Below, piece by piece: positions 13,626 through 26,108 of a stretch of DNA of 64,000 nt. The first letter of the stretch is position 1. Every line of letters starts with the position of its first letter. This DNA is from Lama glama. Taxonomy: Eukaryota. The notes under the pieces were generated by a model. It did not search any database. It worked only from the letters and a program-made list of their open reading frames with translations, and was not told the origin of the DNA. A program made the translations under genes and the position numbers. The DNA lies in assembly GCA_028534125.1 (NCBI GenBank), contig CM052816.1, positions 63,676,001-63,740,000 of the forward strand. Reading direction: 5' to 3'.

Positions 13626-13833
13626 GTGAGCAACTGTTTATTGCATGTTGGTAAATTCAAGAAAATAAAAAATATTTGAAGTTGCATTTTTAAAAGTAAA
13701 TTCAATTCGTTTGAAATTTAGAAAATTTAATGTTCTTTTATTATTTAATGTTCTTTTATTATGGCAATGCCACTGAATGACTGAGTTACCTTTTTGCTAA
13801 AATTTCAGAAATTATGAAGTTAGCAAGGGCTGT

Positions 13834-13974
13834 AGCTGTGTTCTCAGTCTCACCATATTTCAGAATCACCTGGAAACATTTGAAAACTCTGTTGCTCAAG
13901 CCACGCCCCTGAAGATTCTGATTCAGGTTTGTCTGAGGCGTAATCAATGTTTAGAATAACTGAGAGAACCACTG
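13834..13974. mobile_element. MER5-type hAT-Charlie MITE
   Basis: GTTCTCA...CAGAATCACCTGG...GATTCTGATTCAG...GAGAACCACTG. Confidence 0.6.
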
Positions 13975-14294
13975 CAGGGAGGTATCAGGCAAGGATGAGG
14001 TTCAGCACCGAAATTTGGGACTGGTTCATTTTGTCTTCCTTTAATTTATCTTCTTAACTTTAATTACAAAATGTGATTTGCTTCATGATGTATCTTAATA
14101 TTGTATTTGCCAAACCTTGAGGTTTAAAAAAAAATTTAAGTAAGAAAAGCACCATTTTAAAAAAAGAAAAATTCATCAATGCCCTTTCTTTGAAGTGTAA
14201 AATTCTTATTAATCACCTTTTTTTGGGGACGGCAATAATAACAGTAGCTTGCATTTTATTTAGGAAATGGTTCTTCTCAGTTTGGAGCATTTAT

Positions 14295-14732
14295 TGAAAT
14301 TTAAAAAATACAAACATGTTATGACCTAGCAGTTGCATTTCTAGGAATATTTCTTGCAGCAGTGCTTGTGCATGTGTATCAGGATTTTTACAGGAACACT
14401 GAATGTGATGGCAAAAAAAAATCAACCAGACAGTAGCAGCAGCAAAAACCAAAATGACTGTCATTGGGGTAAAGGTTAAATAACATTTGGAACTTTATAC
14501 AGCTGAGGAATATGCAGTTGATAAAAATGAGTTCTATGTGCTGTCTCAGAAATGTGTATGTAATATATTTTAAGTGAAGAAAACAAGGTGAAGACAACTG
14601 TAAATAGTATGGTCCCTCCCCTTTATTTTTGGTGAAAAGAGAGCATTGTGTGTGTGTGTGTGTGTGTGTAGAGGTACATGAAAGTCTGAAATGATAAGGA
14701 ATTCTCCATATTGCTAACCGTTTTTTGTTTTG

Positions 14733-14763
<31 letters not shown>

Positions 14764-14870
14764 CTGGGGAGTGTGATAAGACAGTGGGGTAAGGAAGGGC
14801 TTTCACTATATTACACTATCATCTCATAGTTCTTCAGTAGGCACACATTACTTATATAACTAAAAGCAAA
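14295..14870 (+). mobile_element. Old L1ME 3' region
   Basis: TGACCTAGCAGTTGCATTTCTAGGAATAT; TATATTTTAAGTGAAGAAAACAAG. Confidence 0.6.
14647..14763. repeat. (TG)11 and (GTTTT)n microsatellites
   Basis: TG run at 14647-14668; pentamer run at 14721-14763. Confidence 0.95.
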
Positions 14871-15404
14871 AAGAAAGGATAAACAACCAGAAGTAGAAAC
14901 AGTCATCATCAGGGCCTCAGTCTCAGGCTGGACTCCTCCACCCCCTTTCCCAGGGGGCAGAATACACCAGGGGTGCAGTGATCTGCCAGGACCATGTGCC
15001 GCTCCTCCCCAGTTACCTGGTCCACTGGCTGGTTTTGCCCCAACTTCAGACCAAGCCAGTCAGCCCTCAACAACTGCCCAACGGACAGCCTAGGCAGCAG
15101 CTCCACTCTGGCGGCCAGTGGGGCCGGTAGTGAGTATGGCCCGGGACTGGGCCTATACGATGTTCAGGGAGGAAAGCAGGGGCTTTGGGCTGAGCTGGGC
15201 CCTCTGAGGCCAAGGGTGGGGAGTTCAGAAATTCAGCTGCAGGCCACACCTCAAAGGTGGGCAGCCTTCCTGTTGCCCTCAGTGATTTAGGCACCACACC
15301 CGCATTCCCTCAGAGAGCCGACTGACAGCAAGGGGGTTGGCTCTGTCTGTCCTTTCGTCTTCTACTTCCTTCTCATTGTACTCTACTGCCCGGTTTCTCA
15401 GTGT

Positions 15405-15630
15405 AGTAGCAGTTTCCGTGGAGTGCTCACTATGTGCCAGGCACTATGAGTACTTTATGAATATTATTTCAGTTAATTCTCACGACAGCCTATGAGCTAG
15501 GTGATATTATTATCCCCATTTGCAGATCAGGAAACTGAGGCACAGAAAGATTAAGCACTTTGCTCAAAGTCATACAAATATTAAGTGGCAAAGCCAGGAT
15601 TTGAACCCAAGCGCTCATCACTCTGCTCCA
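15405..15630 (-). mobile_element. MIR SINE
   Basis: CTATGTGCCAGGCACT...ATTATCCCCATTTGCAGATCAGGAAACTGAGGCACAGA...GGATTTGAACCCA. Confidence 0.9.
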
Positions 15631-15939
15631 TTCCTCTGTGTATGTCAGACCCTTTCTACCTTTACCCACCTTCCCGTCTTTGAAGTTACAAAAAAGTGAG
15701 AGAAGACAAAAAGGAAGCACCACCAATGAATGCATGGCTCCTTCTTTTGGGAAAAAATGTCTTAGAATTTAAGGTTAATAAGAATGATTTTAAAAGTAAA
15801 ATTTTGATGGAAGCAACCTGAAAATTACAACCATTTTCCTAAATTGTAAGTTTTCATTACCCTTTGCTTTGATATTTCCCTGCTGTTCCACTGAAAACTA
15901 CCTCTCAAAATTTGTGTGCATAATTATGCACGAACAAGG

Positions 15940-16200
15940 AAAGCAGCATAGCAGAGTAGTAAAAACATGGACTTGAATCAGAGTCCCTGAGTTTGAATCT
16001 TGGCTTCACCACTCATTAACTGTGTGACCTTAGGAAAGTTACTTATCCTCTCTGTGCTTCAGTTTCCTTATCTGTAAATTTCTTCTGTAAAACAGGATTA
16101 CTTGTCTCTTAAGGTTGCTATGACAATTGAATGAGTGATATTGTTAAGCACTTAGAACAGTGTCTGGCACATGGTAAGTGTTATAAATGTACTTGTTACT
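15940..16200 (+). mobile_element. MIR SINE, near full length
   Basis: tRNA-like head GTTTGAATCTTGGCT, core TGTGTGACCTTAGGAAAGTTACTT..CAGTTTCCTTATCTGTAAA, tail AGCACTTAGAACAGTGTCTGGCACATGGTAAG. Confidence 0.9.
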
Positions 16201-17891
16201 TAATTAAAATAATTAAAAATAAAGGACGGCACAACCAAACTGTGTAGAATCTAACCCATTGTTTTTTTTAAGGAGGAAAAAAGGATAAAGAAACCCATAT
16301 TTCTTGAGCTTCTCTGTGTAGCTAGCAATAGCTAGTACCAAATACAGCCTTTAGAATTTTCAGGTAAATAAAAATCTCCTAAATCAAGCAGATGATCATG
16401 ATTCTCAAGAAATGGATTCTGGGTCCACAGAGAGCTGGACTTAATAACAAATGGGAAACAGGCCCCAAAGACAGCATGCTCTCAGCAAGGTACTTGGGCT
16501 TTGGGGACTTGGGGCTGGGGACTTTGGATTTTGATGCTCGCTCAGAGTTGTTAATGTGGCTGTTAGCCTTGAGACTTTTCTGCGTTCATACCACACATGT
16601 CCGTGTTTTTCTATTTCAACGTTCTACTCATTTCCTCTAAATCTCATACTTTAGGACCTTACCCTGTGTTTCTTTTGTGTTTCACATTCTCAGAGTTGGC
16701 ATTATAGTTTTAGCGTCTTTAGGGCATTAAAGTCTGTATTTCACTGTAACAAACAGGAGCAAATCTTAAGATTTCTAGCTGGAATTCTTTGCAGCCTTTC
16801 CCCTATTGATGCTTGCAGTTTCATTTTGCTCTAATTGTCCCCGGTGGTACAAACAGGCAGGAATTCAGCCCTCACCAATGGATGCTGAGCTGCTACCCCC
16901 TTTTCCTGCCTAGGAAATGGATCATACGGGCAAAGATTAGCCCCTTTTTAACACTGGGCGGAGGTGGGGGGAAATGATAATGTCTACGTTTGTGCTTAAT
17001 CTGTTGATTTTTGCTACCGTCACTGCCTTTGCTGTTAGTAAGAGGGAAAAAGAGCAACGGCTACACGAATACAGTGAAGCCACACAGAGTTTGCAAAACC
17101 CTTTGGGATCTCTCCAGTTGAAAAGGAGCTATAAAATGCAAAGTAACCTCATTAATAATAATACTTTTATGATCATAAGTAGAAACAAGCTGCTGGTTCT
17201 CTGAGCTTTTCGCCCACTCCCTTCAACAGTAGGCTGTGCTACCCTTCCTCTCATTCCACTTTATCGCTCATCTTGTATTCTCTAAAACACACTTCTGCAA
17301 TTGCCATAAACAAATCAGTTAGCCCACAGGAATAATCCTGGGCAGGTGATGTCATTGCAAACAGAGCTGTGGCCATAAAGACCAGCCATGCGCAACACCT
17401 GAAGGAAAGGACTTACTGGTATGAAGTGCTACATCAATAGTAAATACTGCCGTTAATTGATAATAACAATATTCGTGCAGAGTCCAAGGCACGTGGGGAG
17501 CTATATTGCAGAGTTCTAGGTGAAATGAACCAGGCCAAGAGAAATGGAGAGCTGGCCTTCTGAGCTCTCTCTGCGTCGCAGGACCATGCTCCTAATGCAC
17601 TGACTGCATCTCCCGTGGGGTATTGTGACAAGCTCCAGTGAGGATGTTGGCAAGTAGTTTACAGTCCTAGGTTGGGTTAAGTGCTAAAAAACAAGTTTTA
17701 CGCTCACTGGATAAGATGACTGAGTATATTAATTAAATTGAAAGGAAGATACAGAGAAAGTAGGTCCCTGAGATAATTGCTGCAAGGCAGTAAGTCTAGT
17801 CTATTCTCCCTCACCTTTAGGTCCACTGAAGGCTTCCTTCAGCACATGCCCTGTAATATTCAGTGGAGCAAGGCAGCAAGTTGGGATGTCA

Positions 17892-18105
17892 GGAAAGCAG
17901 CGAGGGTGGCTCGTATTTCAGAGCACTGCTGGCTCTGAATTCTGGCCTCACCACTTACTGGTTGTGTAACCAAAAGAAAGTTAAATTACTTCCTTGTGCC
18001 TCAGTTCCCTCTGTAAAATACTGACCTTATAATCATATATGAGAATTAAGTAACACATGTAAAAGTCTAAAACAGAGCCTGGCACAGGGAAGCACTCACT
18101 AAAGA
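17892..18105 (+). mobile_element. MIR SINE
   Basis: TGAATTCTGGCCTCACCACTTACTGG...GTGCCTCAGTTCCCTCTGTAAAA...GCCTGGCACA. Confidence 0.8.
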
Positions 18106-19427
18106 ATATATGTACTTCTTATAAACATCTTAGGTGATCTGAGAGATGTTTTGAAGTGCCCAAAATAGACACAACCTAATTTGCCAGCTTAGAGGTATGG
18201 TATAAAACCATATCTCTTTTAAGGATTCCCATTAAACAGCTTGAGCTGTCTCAGTGTCCTGCTTCCCTGGTTCTACCCTTCTGGGATAATCTTCAGGAGC
18301 CTTGATGTCCTAAGGGTCTATTTTTCTGCGAGAGCCAGACCTTAGACATGACCCCTAAGAGTGAGAACATGATGCAGCTGTCACTGGGAACTTGCTTCTG
18401 CTGGGGTAAATGCATCGCCAAGGTGCAGACCTGGTGGCACGGCAACACCTGAGCAGTCAAAAGGCCTCTTGACTCATCACTTCTGGGATGACAGTGTGAC
18501 AGTGTCTGAGCAAAGTGGCTGAAGCCTCCAGCACCTGTGCAGTCCCATCCCCAGCCCGCTTCTTCAAGGTCTGAGGAAACATCATCCTCCACCCCTTATT
18601 GATCACTGACCAGAGGAATTTCGCATCAGATTTGAGCAGGCAGCCCAGCTTGACGGACTTCAAAAAAAAATTCACTCACACAGCGGCTGCCCCAGAGCAC
18701 AGTATAGGCCCAGAACCACCATTCCTTTGATGCCCCAACTCCACAGGGGGCTGGCCCCTGACTCAGTCCCTTTCTGCTCCCCATGCTGAGTGTTTCATGG
18801 AGTAGACTCCTTGTCTTTGTCACTGAGCCTTGATCAGGGGTGCCCCTGGTAAGTTCCAATAATTTTGAATCTCCTAGAGAAAGGTTGCGAGTGGAGTGTC
18901 ATCTGTTTACTTAAAGAAAACTTACTGACTCATATGAATTTGCCCATTTCTCCCCAGCTCTAAATGCCAAGAGCTTATTAGGAAAAAGTAAAGTTCTGCC
19001 TTCCTTTTTGTTTTTCCTTTTTTTAATGATGCTACACTCTTATTTTGAAGTTGTTGCTTTGCTGGATAATTGTTTTTATGGATTGTCAGTAGAGAAGGAA
19101 TATTCTGAGAGCTGTCAACAAAGTGTCAAGTAGAGTGACTGAAAAGCACATATCATTTCCTTGTGACCTTTATTTGATTGTGCATTTGAACAACTCTACT
19201 TTCTCAAGAGAAGGTAAAGAGGAAAATGTTTTTCAGGAAGAGGAAACATCTTTATCTACTACAAATATTTATTGAACACTATTGCAGTATTTTGAGCCTA
19301 TTTTAAGATAATTGGAATATTTTGAATATTTCTTATTATAGGAAAATTCACATAGAGAAAAATAGACACTATTCAATCTTCCTTGGACAGTTCTTTTTTT
19401 TAACAAAAGCCCAAAGCCATTTAACTT

Positions 19428-19945
19428 ATGTCCTGAGTTTCTGTTAGTTATTGCTACATAATATCACCCCAAAACTTAGTGTCTTAAAGCAACAATTGTT
19501 TTATTATCTCTCCTGATTCTATGGGTTGACTGGGCTCAGTTGGGAGGTTCTTCTGTGCCACATGATGTCAGCTGGGGCTGCTGTCATCTGGGGAGCTCAG
19601 CTGGGCTGTGAAGTCTGTGATACTTACTGTCAGGACTTGCAGTTGGTGCTGCCATTGGCTGGGGGCTCAGCTGGGGCAGTCTACCAGATTTCTGGGTTCT
19701 CCTCCATGTGGCCTCTCTGTGGGTCTTGGGCTTCTCACAGCATGGTACTTGGGTTCCAGGAGGGAGTCTGCCAAGGGAACAAGCCCAGATATGCAAGTAT
19801 TTATTAAGCCTTGGCTTGTATCTTGCTTACTAAAGCCCCATTGGCCAAAGCCATTCATGTGGCCAAGCCCAGAATGTGGGTGGGAACTATAGAAAGGGAT
19901 GAATGCTGGAGGTTCATATTGAGATTCACCAAAGTAGCAGCTGAC
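19428..19945 (-). mobile_element. MaLR LTR (MLT1H/G-like)
   Basis: CACCCCAAAACTTAGTGTCTTAAAGCAACA...GGGTTGACTGGGCTCAG...CTTCTCACAGCATGG. Confidence 0.8.
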
Positions 19946-19989
19946 CATGCCCAGAAACTTTTCTGAATTCTAAGAGAACAAAATGGCAG

Positions 19990-20105
19990 CCCTAGAGTTG
20001 TGGAGCTGGTAGGGACCTTAGAGATTTTACAGTTCAACTTCCTTTTTTTTACAGATGAAGAGACAAAAATCCAGAGAAAATTATTTACTTACTCAAAATG
20101 ATAAC
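19990..20105 (-). mobile_element. MIR fragment
   Basis: GGGACCTTAGAGAT...TTTTACAGATGAAGAGAC. Confidence 0.55.
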
Positions 20106-20817
20106 CCAAACCCGGCCCATTTACTGTAAAGATGAGTTTGAGTCCAGCTGTGTGTAGGTACTACTTACCTACATGTGCTGGTCCAGCCTCTGGTTTCACA
20201 GAGCTCAGAGTCTAGGGAGTGAATCTGCATATTTGCTCCCCTAATGCCCAATGCCACATTTAAACATGGTACTTCACTGCTTTCCTATTGTTAATTAAGT
20301 GTGTAATGACTATATTAAAGTTAGTTTCAGGTTCTAATTTATGACACAGTAGTTATATTTTAATGTACACTTTATAGTACATTGGAGTCCCTGAATAATC
20401 AATATGTACTCCCTCTAATCCTACCTGGTTTATAATACTTGGAGAAAATTTTATTATTTTAAACAATTATAAGGATTTATAGCTCTTGAATCTTCACTTT
20501 TGTGAAATATTTTTGTTCATGTCTACTATTTACGTGAAGCCAAGTCCTTTGTCAGGAATACAGCCTCTAATTATAACATTGTTCCTGTGGGAAAATGTAA
20601 TTTGCTTTCAATGATTCACTTTATGACATGGTCTCCAGGAATGTGCTGTCTGCAATAAAAAGCAAGTAGAGACTGCAGACTCCTGTAACTTCTTGCCAAT
20701 TGCCTGGCATGGTAAGACTAGTGTTTATAAAGTAGTTCTAATTTTTTGGTTGACATGTGAAATCCAAGCTAGGAAATAATTTCACTGGGATGGAGTTTCA
20801 CACATTTCACTGAGATG

Positions 20818-20820
<3 letters not shown>

Positions 20821-20850
<30 letters not shown>
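20821..20850. repeat. (TG)15 microsatellite
   Basis: Perfect dinucleotide run. Confidence 0.95.
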
Positions 20851-20852
<2 letters not shown>

Positions 20853-22778
20853 GGGGTAGGGGGAGTTGGTAAGGAAAAAACTAAGAAATGAGAAGGTTCT
20901 ATAGTTTTCTTCCCCAGTCATCCTATCAGCAACCAAGTCCTGTCTGTTGCTCACAGCTTCTCTCACTTTGGAGCTTTCTTCCCAGGAATCAAATGGCATT
21001 TTCAGTCCTGGGTGACCAGTGCAGTGAGAGGGGCACATGGAGTGCTGTGGGAGGACAAGGAAGGACCTGGGTGCTCCTGAAGGGCTAGCTGTTGGAAAGG
21101 GAACACCCTTCCTCAGAGCCCAGTCCTGCCTCCTCTGGGAAGAATTTCCTCATGGCTTTGTGCAGGGATAATGTACAGTGACTCGCATTTAACATGTGCT
21201 TATGGAGGACAGGTACTAATTGAAGTAGAATATTTTCAGTGGAAAGCTTCCTAACCATGGGCAACAGCACCAGGGCCAGACCTGGCCAGCTCCTCACAGA
21301 TGCTCTAACCTTCTTGACCTTGGCTTCCCTTAGACTACTCCTTCACTGCCCTTCCTGAGGTCCTTTACCCCTTGGCCCAAAGCGTAGTCTAGATCATGCC
21401 TCATGATTCAAAACTCCACTGAAAAGTAAGGGATAGCAGATGTTATAACACAGACTCCCCGACTTTTAACTCTGAACAGTAGATGTGAATCCTTCCAGAG
21501 CCCAGAAGCCATAGGATCTCCACTGGGTCTCTCGCCTCAGCTCCTGGCCTGCAACCCTTTTGTAGGGGCCTGATTACCTCTCTTCATTAAGACAGAATTC
21601 AGCTGTCTTCCTTATCTGAAGTTCAGGCCACAGCATGTGAGCCCCGAAAAGAGGGGGTTGAAGAACCCTCCTTATTCTTGGTCTTCACTTACACCTCTTC
21701 TCCATAAGCATAATCTGTTGGGATAAATTCTACCCACAATGAAACAATCTTTTGTACAGTGGGGCTGTATCTTTCCTGAGGTTTAGGTTCTAAAGTCAGT
21801 GTGTAAGGTAAAATCTCTGTAAGGAAATAACTTTGAAACCACTTGGAGGAGAGCCACATTGCAGAAGGACACACCTTTCTCAGTAAGCCCAGCAGGGCCT
21901 GGCTGGCCCTTTGAGTTTGGAATAGGGTCCCCATTTCCCCAGCAGAATGCTAATGGTAGCTTTTCTATGTTAGACATTTATTTTAACTTCAGAATTTCAT
22001 TTATTGTGGGGAGATACTCATACTGCTTAAGGCACAGGGTCTGAAAACTGTGGTGAACAGTAGAATCTCAATTTCTGCCCACTCTTGGGGCAGTAGTGTC
22101 CACACTTTTTAACTAGTTTCTCACTCTTTTTCTGTGTCCCTTTCTCTCTCCTTCCCTTTCCAGGTGTCCATAGGTAGAATCCTGTGAATTTCATGCAAGC
22201 CTAATTGGATGGCCTCAATGTTACTGTGCAGAGTAGTTTAACATCTCACTGTGAAGAACTTTATCGTTCCAGATATAGCATATTTAAATTAATCTTTGTT
22301 GGACCAAAAAGCCTGTTAAAGTGCTTTGTTTTTCCCTCCAAAACAAAAAGCAATATACTTTGAAAGGCAAATTCTAACTCTTCTGTAGAGAAACAAAGTC
22401 TGCTGGAAGCTTTAAAATGTGGCCCTCTTGCTCACTCCAGCTTTTGGCCGTGGAGATGTAAAGTGAGATTAGTGTCCATCCCAGCTAGACTGCCTAGTTT
22501 CAGTGCCCCTCCTCCACAGTGTCTCCACTTGGAAATCCCGACCCTTCTCTTCATACTACCCCAAGTAGCCGCACACAAACTGGGCTGTGAACATTCGTGC
22601 CGGCCATCCAACCTGTTCAGAGTGCTTCTGCCGTCTGTCCGTCATCCCCTTCACCCTCCCTCCACTGAGCCTTCCCAAACTATACCCCCTAGATCAGCAC
22701 CCGTGAGCCACTCTTGATCACAATCTTTAGTGCTCTCTCCTCCTCTCAATTATTGTACCACAAGATGTCTGGATGTTC

Positions 22779-23033
22779 AGCTAACATTAAATATGTCCTA
22801 GGTATGTGCCAGGCACTGTTCTGAGAATTATGGGTGTATTAACACATACACTCCTCACAACAAGTTTGTAAGGTAGGTAGTATTATCCCCATTTTACAGA
22901 TGTTAAACTGAGGTATAGAGAAGTTATGTAACTTGCCCAAGGTCATATGGCTAGTTAACGATAGAGGTAGGATTCAGACTCAGAAGGTATGATGCCAAAG
23001 CCTGTTCTTCTAGTTACTGTGTTATACTGTCTC
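22779..23033 (-). mobile_element. MIR SINE, full length
   Basis: TATGTGCCAGGCACTGTTCT...ATTATCCCCATTTTACAGATG..AACTGAGG...AACTTGCCCAAGGTCA. Confidence 0.9.
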
Positions 23034-23039
23034 CCACTG

Positions 23040-23260
23040 GTACTTATGTATGAACTCTAATTTTGGTTGTCACACATATAATGGTGTGCCTTCTCTCTCA
23101 TTTTGTTTATAACTTCCTTCAGGGCAGGGATCATGATATATATGTACATATATATATATAGATAGATATCTATATCTGTATATCCATAGCACTAAGGATT
23201 GTGCCTTGCATAAATTATAGAATAGTAAATTATAGAAACTCAATATTTATTGGATGATGG
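23040..23260 (+). mobile_element. L2 3' end with an internal (TA)n run
   Basis: TCCTTCAGGGCAGGGATCATG...CTCAATATTTATTGGATG. Confidence 0.55.
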
Positions 23261-25439
23261 AAGGACAAAAACCAAAATACAGATCCTTATAAATTACATG
23301 ATTCTCTGGATGTGTTTTGGGCTTACTCAAAAACTTCTGTTGTTTCTCAGGACTGTAGTCTTAACAGTTAAATATGATTTGATTCTCAGGACACTCTTAT
23401 GACATAGATGGAGCAGATATTATGCCTGTTTTACATCTGGGAAAACTGAGTCAGGCACAAAGAAATTGGCTTTCCTTCATCAACTTTAGTAGTGAGCTGG
23501 ACCCAGAAACCCAAAGCTCCCAATTTCTAGTCTTAGAATAGTGCACTTTAGATTTTTCCCAAGTCTAGCTCAATCTAATACAGGCCATGGTTTGGCTCTG
23601 GGTTGGTCTATTAATGAAACCAGGATGTCCTATTGTAAATGAAAGGGTTGGGATGCGGCAAGTTGGGGAAGGACACATCCCATTCACACACTGGACTCAG
23701 TCTAAGAGGAGGACAATACCCTCAGGATGATCACGGAACCAGGTTTATGTTAACACCATGCTATTCAACAATGCCTTCATCCTTTGTTGAAAATCAAGTG
23801 ATGGGAAACAGGTAAATATCAGAAAATATAGAAAATAATTTTAGAGAGAAAAAAAGATGGAGTCAGGTTTCCAGAATGCAAATCAGAGAATTTTTTTTTT
23901 ATTTTGGTGGGATAAGGTAAAAAGACGAAATATTTGTTCTAACAAGTGAAAATTAATATCAAAGCCAGAATTTGAGCTGGCAGGTCTTGTTTGGAAACTC
24001 CTTTTGTTTATAATGTAGGTTTTTCCCCTTTATGAAGCAGATGCTTATACAAGCATTACTAGTGTTGTCAATAATACTGTAACATTTGCCTTCCATCCCT
24101 TTGTTGCTCAGGGAACATGTTGGGTTTCGGCACATTTAGCTTTGCCATTTACTCCACAAATCGCAGCTGTGTAGTGCTACAACTAAGTCGATTTTACTGA
24201 GAATAAAAATTAAAGGAAAAAATTCTCCTAACAACCTTCCCAGTAATCATGGACTTGAAATACTTTGGAGTTGTTTCTTTCTTTTTTTCTTTTTTTTAAA
24301 CAACTTGGTTTCAGTACAATGATGCTTCAATAAGAATCTTCCTGCAAATTTAATTCGAAAGGGAAGGCTTTGTTGTTATTAAACACAATGGCAGTTTGTA
24401 CATCTCCACATCGTTATGTTGCTTCTCATTATGGTAATTCATTTGCTTCTGCTTTGTATGGATATCAAATAAAAATCACTCTCGCTCCTGGCAAGTGATT
24501 GCCATTATGGAGACACTCTGGGAGCCCGGCTAAGCGGTGCTTGGTGTCATAGCAAACACAATTAGCAAACCGGCATCCAGAGTGCTTTATGGAGTTGCCC
24601 TGTGGTGACGCCCTGCGTTTTCTATTTAGCAGGGCTGTAGGTTACTGGGCTTTGTCGTGTGCCTTCTCTATTTTCATCTCCATACCATTTTCTATTCAAG
24701 TGGAACAGCGTGAGGACTTTGTACGAATTTTACTTTTATTTTATTTTATTTTATTTTTCTGATGGGCTCTTCCTCAGCACTTACCAGGCACAGAGAACCC
24801 TGGCTTATTCTGCCTTCCTAGGAGCCCACGTTTCTCTAAAGAGGGGTCAATGACAGTGTCACCAAATGCCCACTCTGATATCATTATGTGTTTTTTCTTT
24901 TTTTGTTGCTGTTCTCTGTTGCCACTTGTCAACTATTTGAGAGATACTGAGTTTTGTAGGACGTTAAAAAAGAACTTTAAAGGTCATTATTAATTACCTC
25001 TGTATTTAAAGAGAAAGCAGTTTACGCTCTTCTGCAATGCAGGGGCTTTGCAGATGGGGCTTCAGCCGTGGCTCAGGTACCTCAATGAGTAGCTTAGAAG
25101 GGGTTGGCAACACCTGCTGCCTATCTGAGATGAAAGACGTGGTTCTTGGCTGAGCCCTGCCAAGAAAGAGGGTCTGGACTAAGCTGGAGTGGTTCTTCTG
25201 TGTGGAGGTACAGGGATGGGCCTGGGTGTGGGGCTGACCTCACTCAGCCTTTAGCACTTTTCATAATTCTGGGATGCTTTTCCTGAAGCCTCCAGGCGGG
25301 AAGGATCACTGCCATTTAGGCCTCTTGTGGGATACCTTGTAGCTTTTCTCAACAGCTGTTCTTTTTCCTTCTCCTCCTTGACCTCTTCCTCCTCCCTCTT
25401 CCACTCCCTCCTGCTTTTTCTGCTTCCTTTCTGATAAGA

Positions 25440-25926
25440 GAATCTGTAGCCTTATGCCCTGGGGATAATCCAATGTTAGCTCCAAGAGATGATTTATGGT
25501 TGGTCAGAGTTAATCAGGGACTCATTTCTCCTGTAAGTGATTAGGTTTTGGCGTCTTGTGATACAATTCTGGCCAATGAGACTTGAGGGGAAGTCAGCTG
25601 GGAGACTTCTGAAACAATTTTTCTTTCTTATTAAAAAAAAAAAAAGACGTGTTAAGACAAACTATTCTTTTTCTGCTTTTGTGTGAGGACATGATGCCTG
25701 GAGCTATGGCAGCAATCTTGTGACAGAGTCAACCATGAGGATAATATAGTCAACATGTTGAGAATGACCCAGTGAAAAGGTAGAAATAATCTGGGTTTTG
25801 ATGAGTAATTGAGTCACTAAATTAGCTTACCCTAAACTTCTTTTAGATAATAAATTTCTAATTATTTAATGCATACCTAGTCCCATTTTCTCCTATTTGT
25901 AGCCCGAAACACAATAATTGATACAC
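25440..25926 (+). mobile_element. MaLR LTR (MLT1J-like)
   Basis: TTCTGGCCAATGAGAC..GGAAGTC; TGATGCCTGGAGCTATGGCAGCAATCTTGTGAC; ends ...TGATACA. Confidence 0.75.
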
Positions 25927-25964
25927 TGCTACTCTACTCTGTACCTTTAGAAATGGTGTTACTA

Positions 25965-26108
25965 GAAGGCGCTGTAATTATTTTTTAGAGTCTAACTCCT
26001 TGATTAGATGATAGTTTCTTGAGGGTAGGTCTCATTCATTTTGTGGTCACTGGTGCCTAGATTGGACCTGTTGTGTACAGGTGCTCAACAAATGTGTGTT
26101 GGATAAAC
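25965..26108 (+). mobile_element. L2 3' end
   Basis: CTTGAGGGTAGG...CAGGTGCTCAACAAATGTGTGTTGGA. Confidence 0.65.

Noticed and set aside
13725..13760. Short tandem duplications (18 bp here; others at about 23210, 41776, 53750 and 56530)
   Set aside because: Ordinary slippage events; no array or spacer structure and not CRISPR-like
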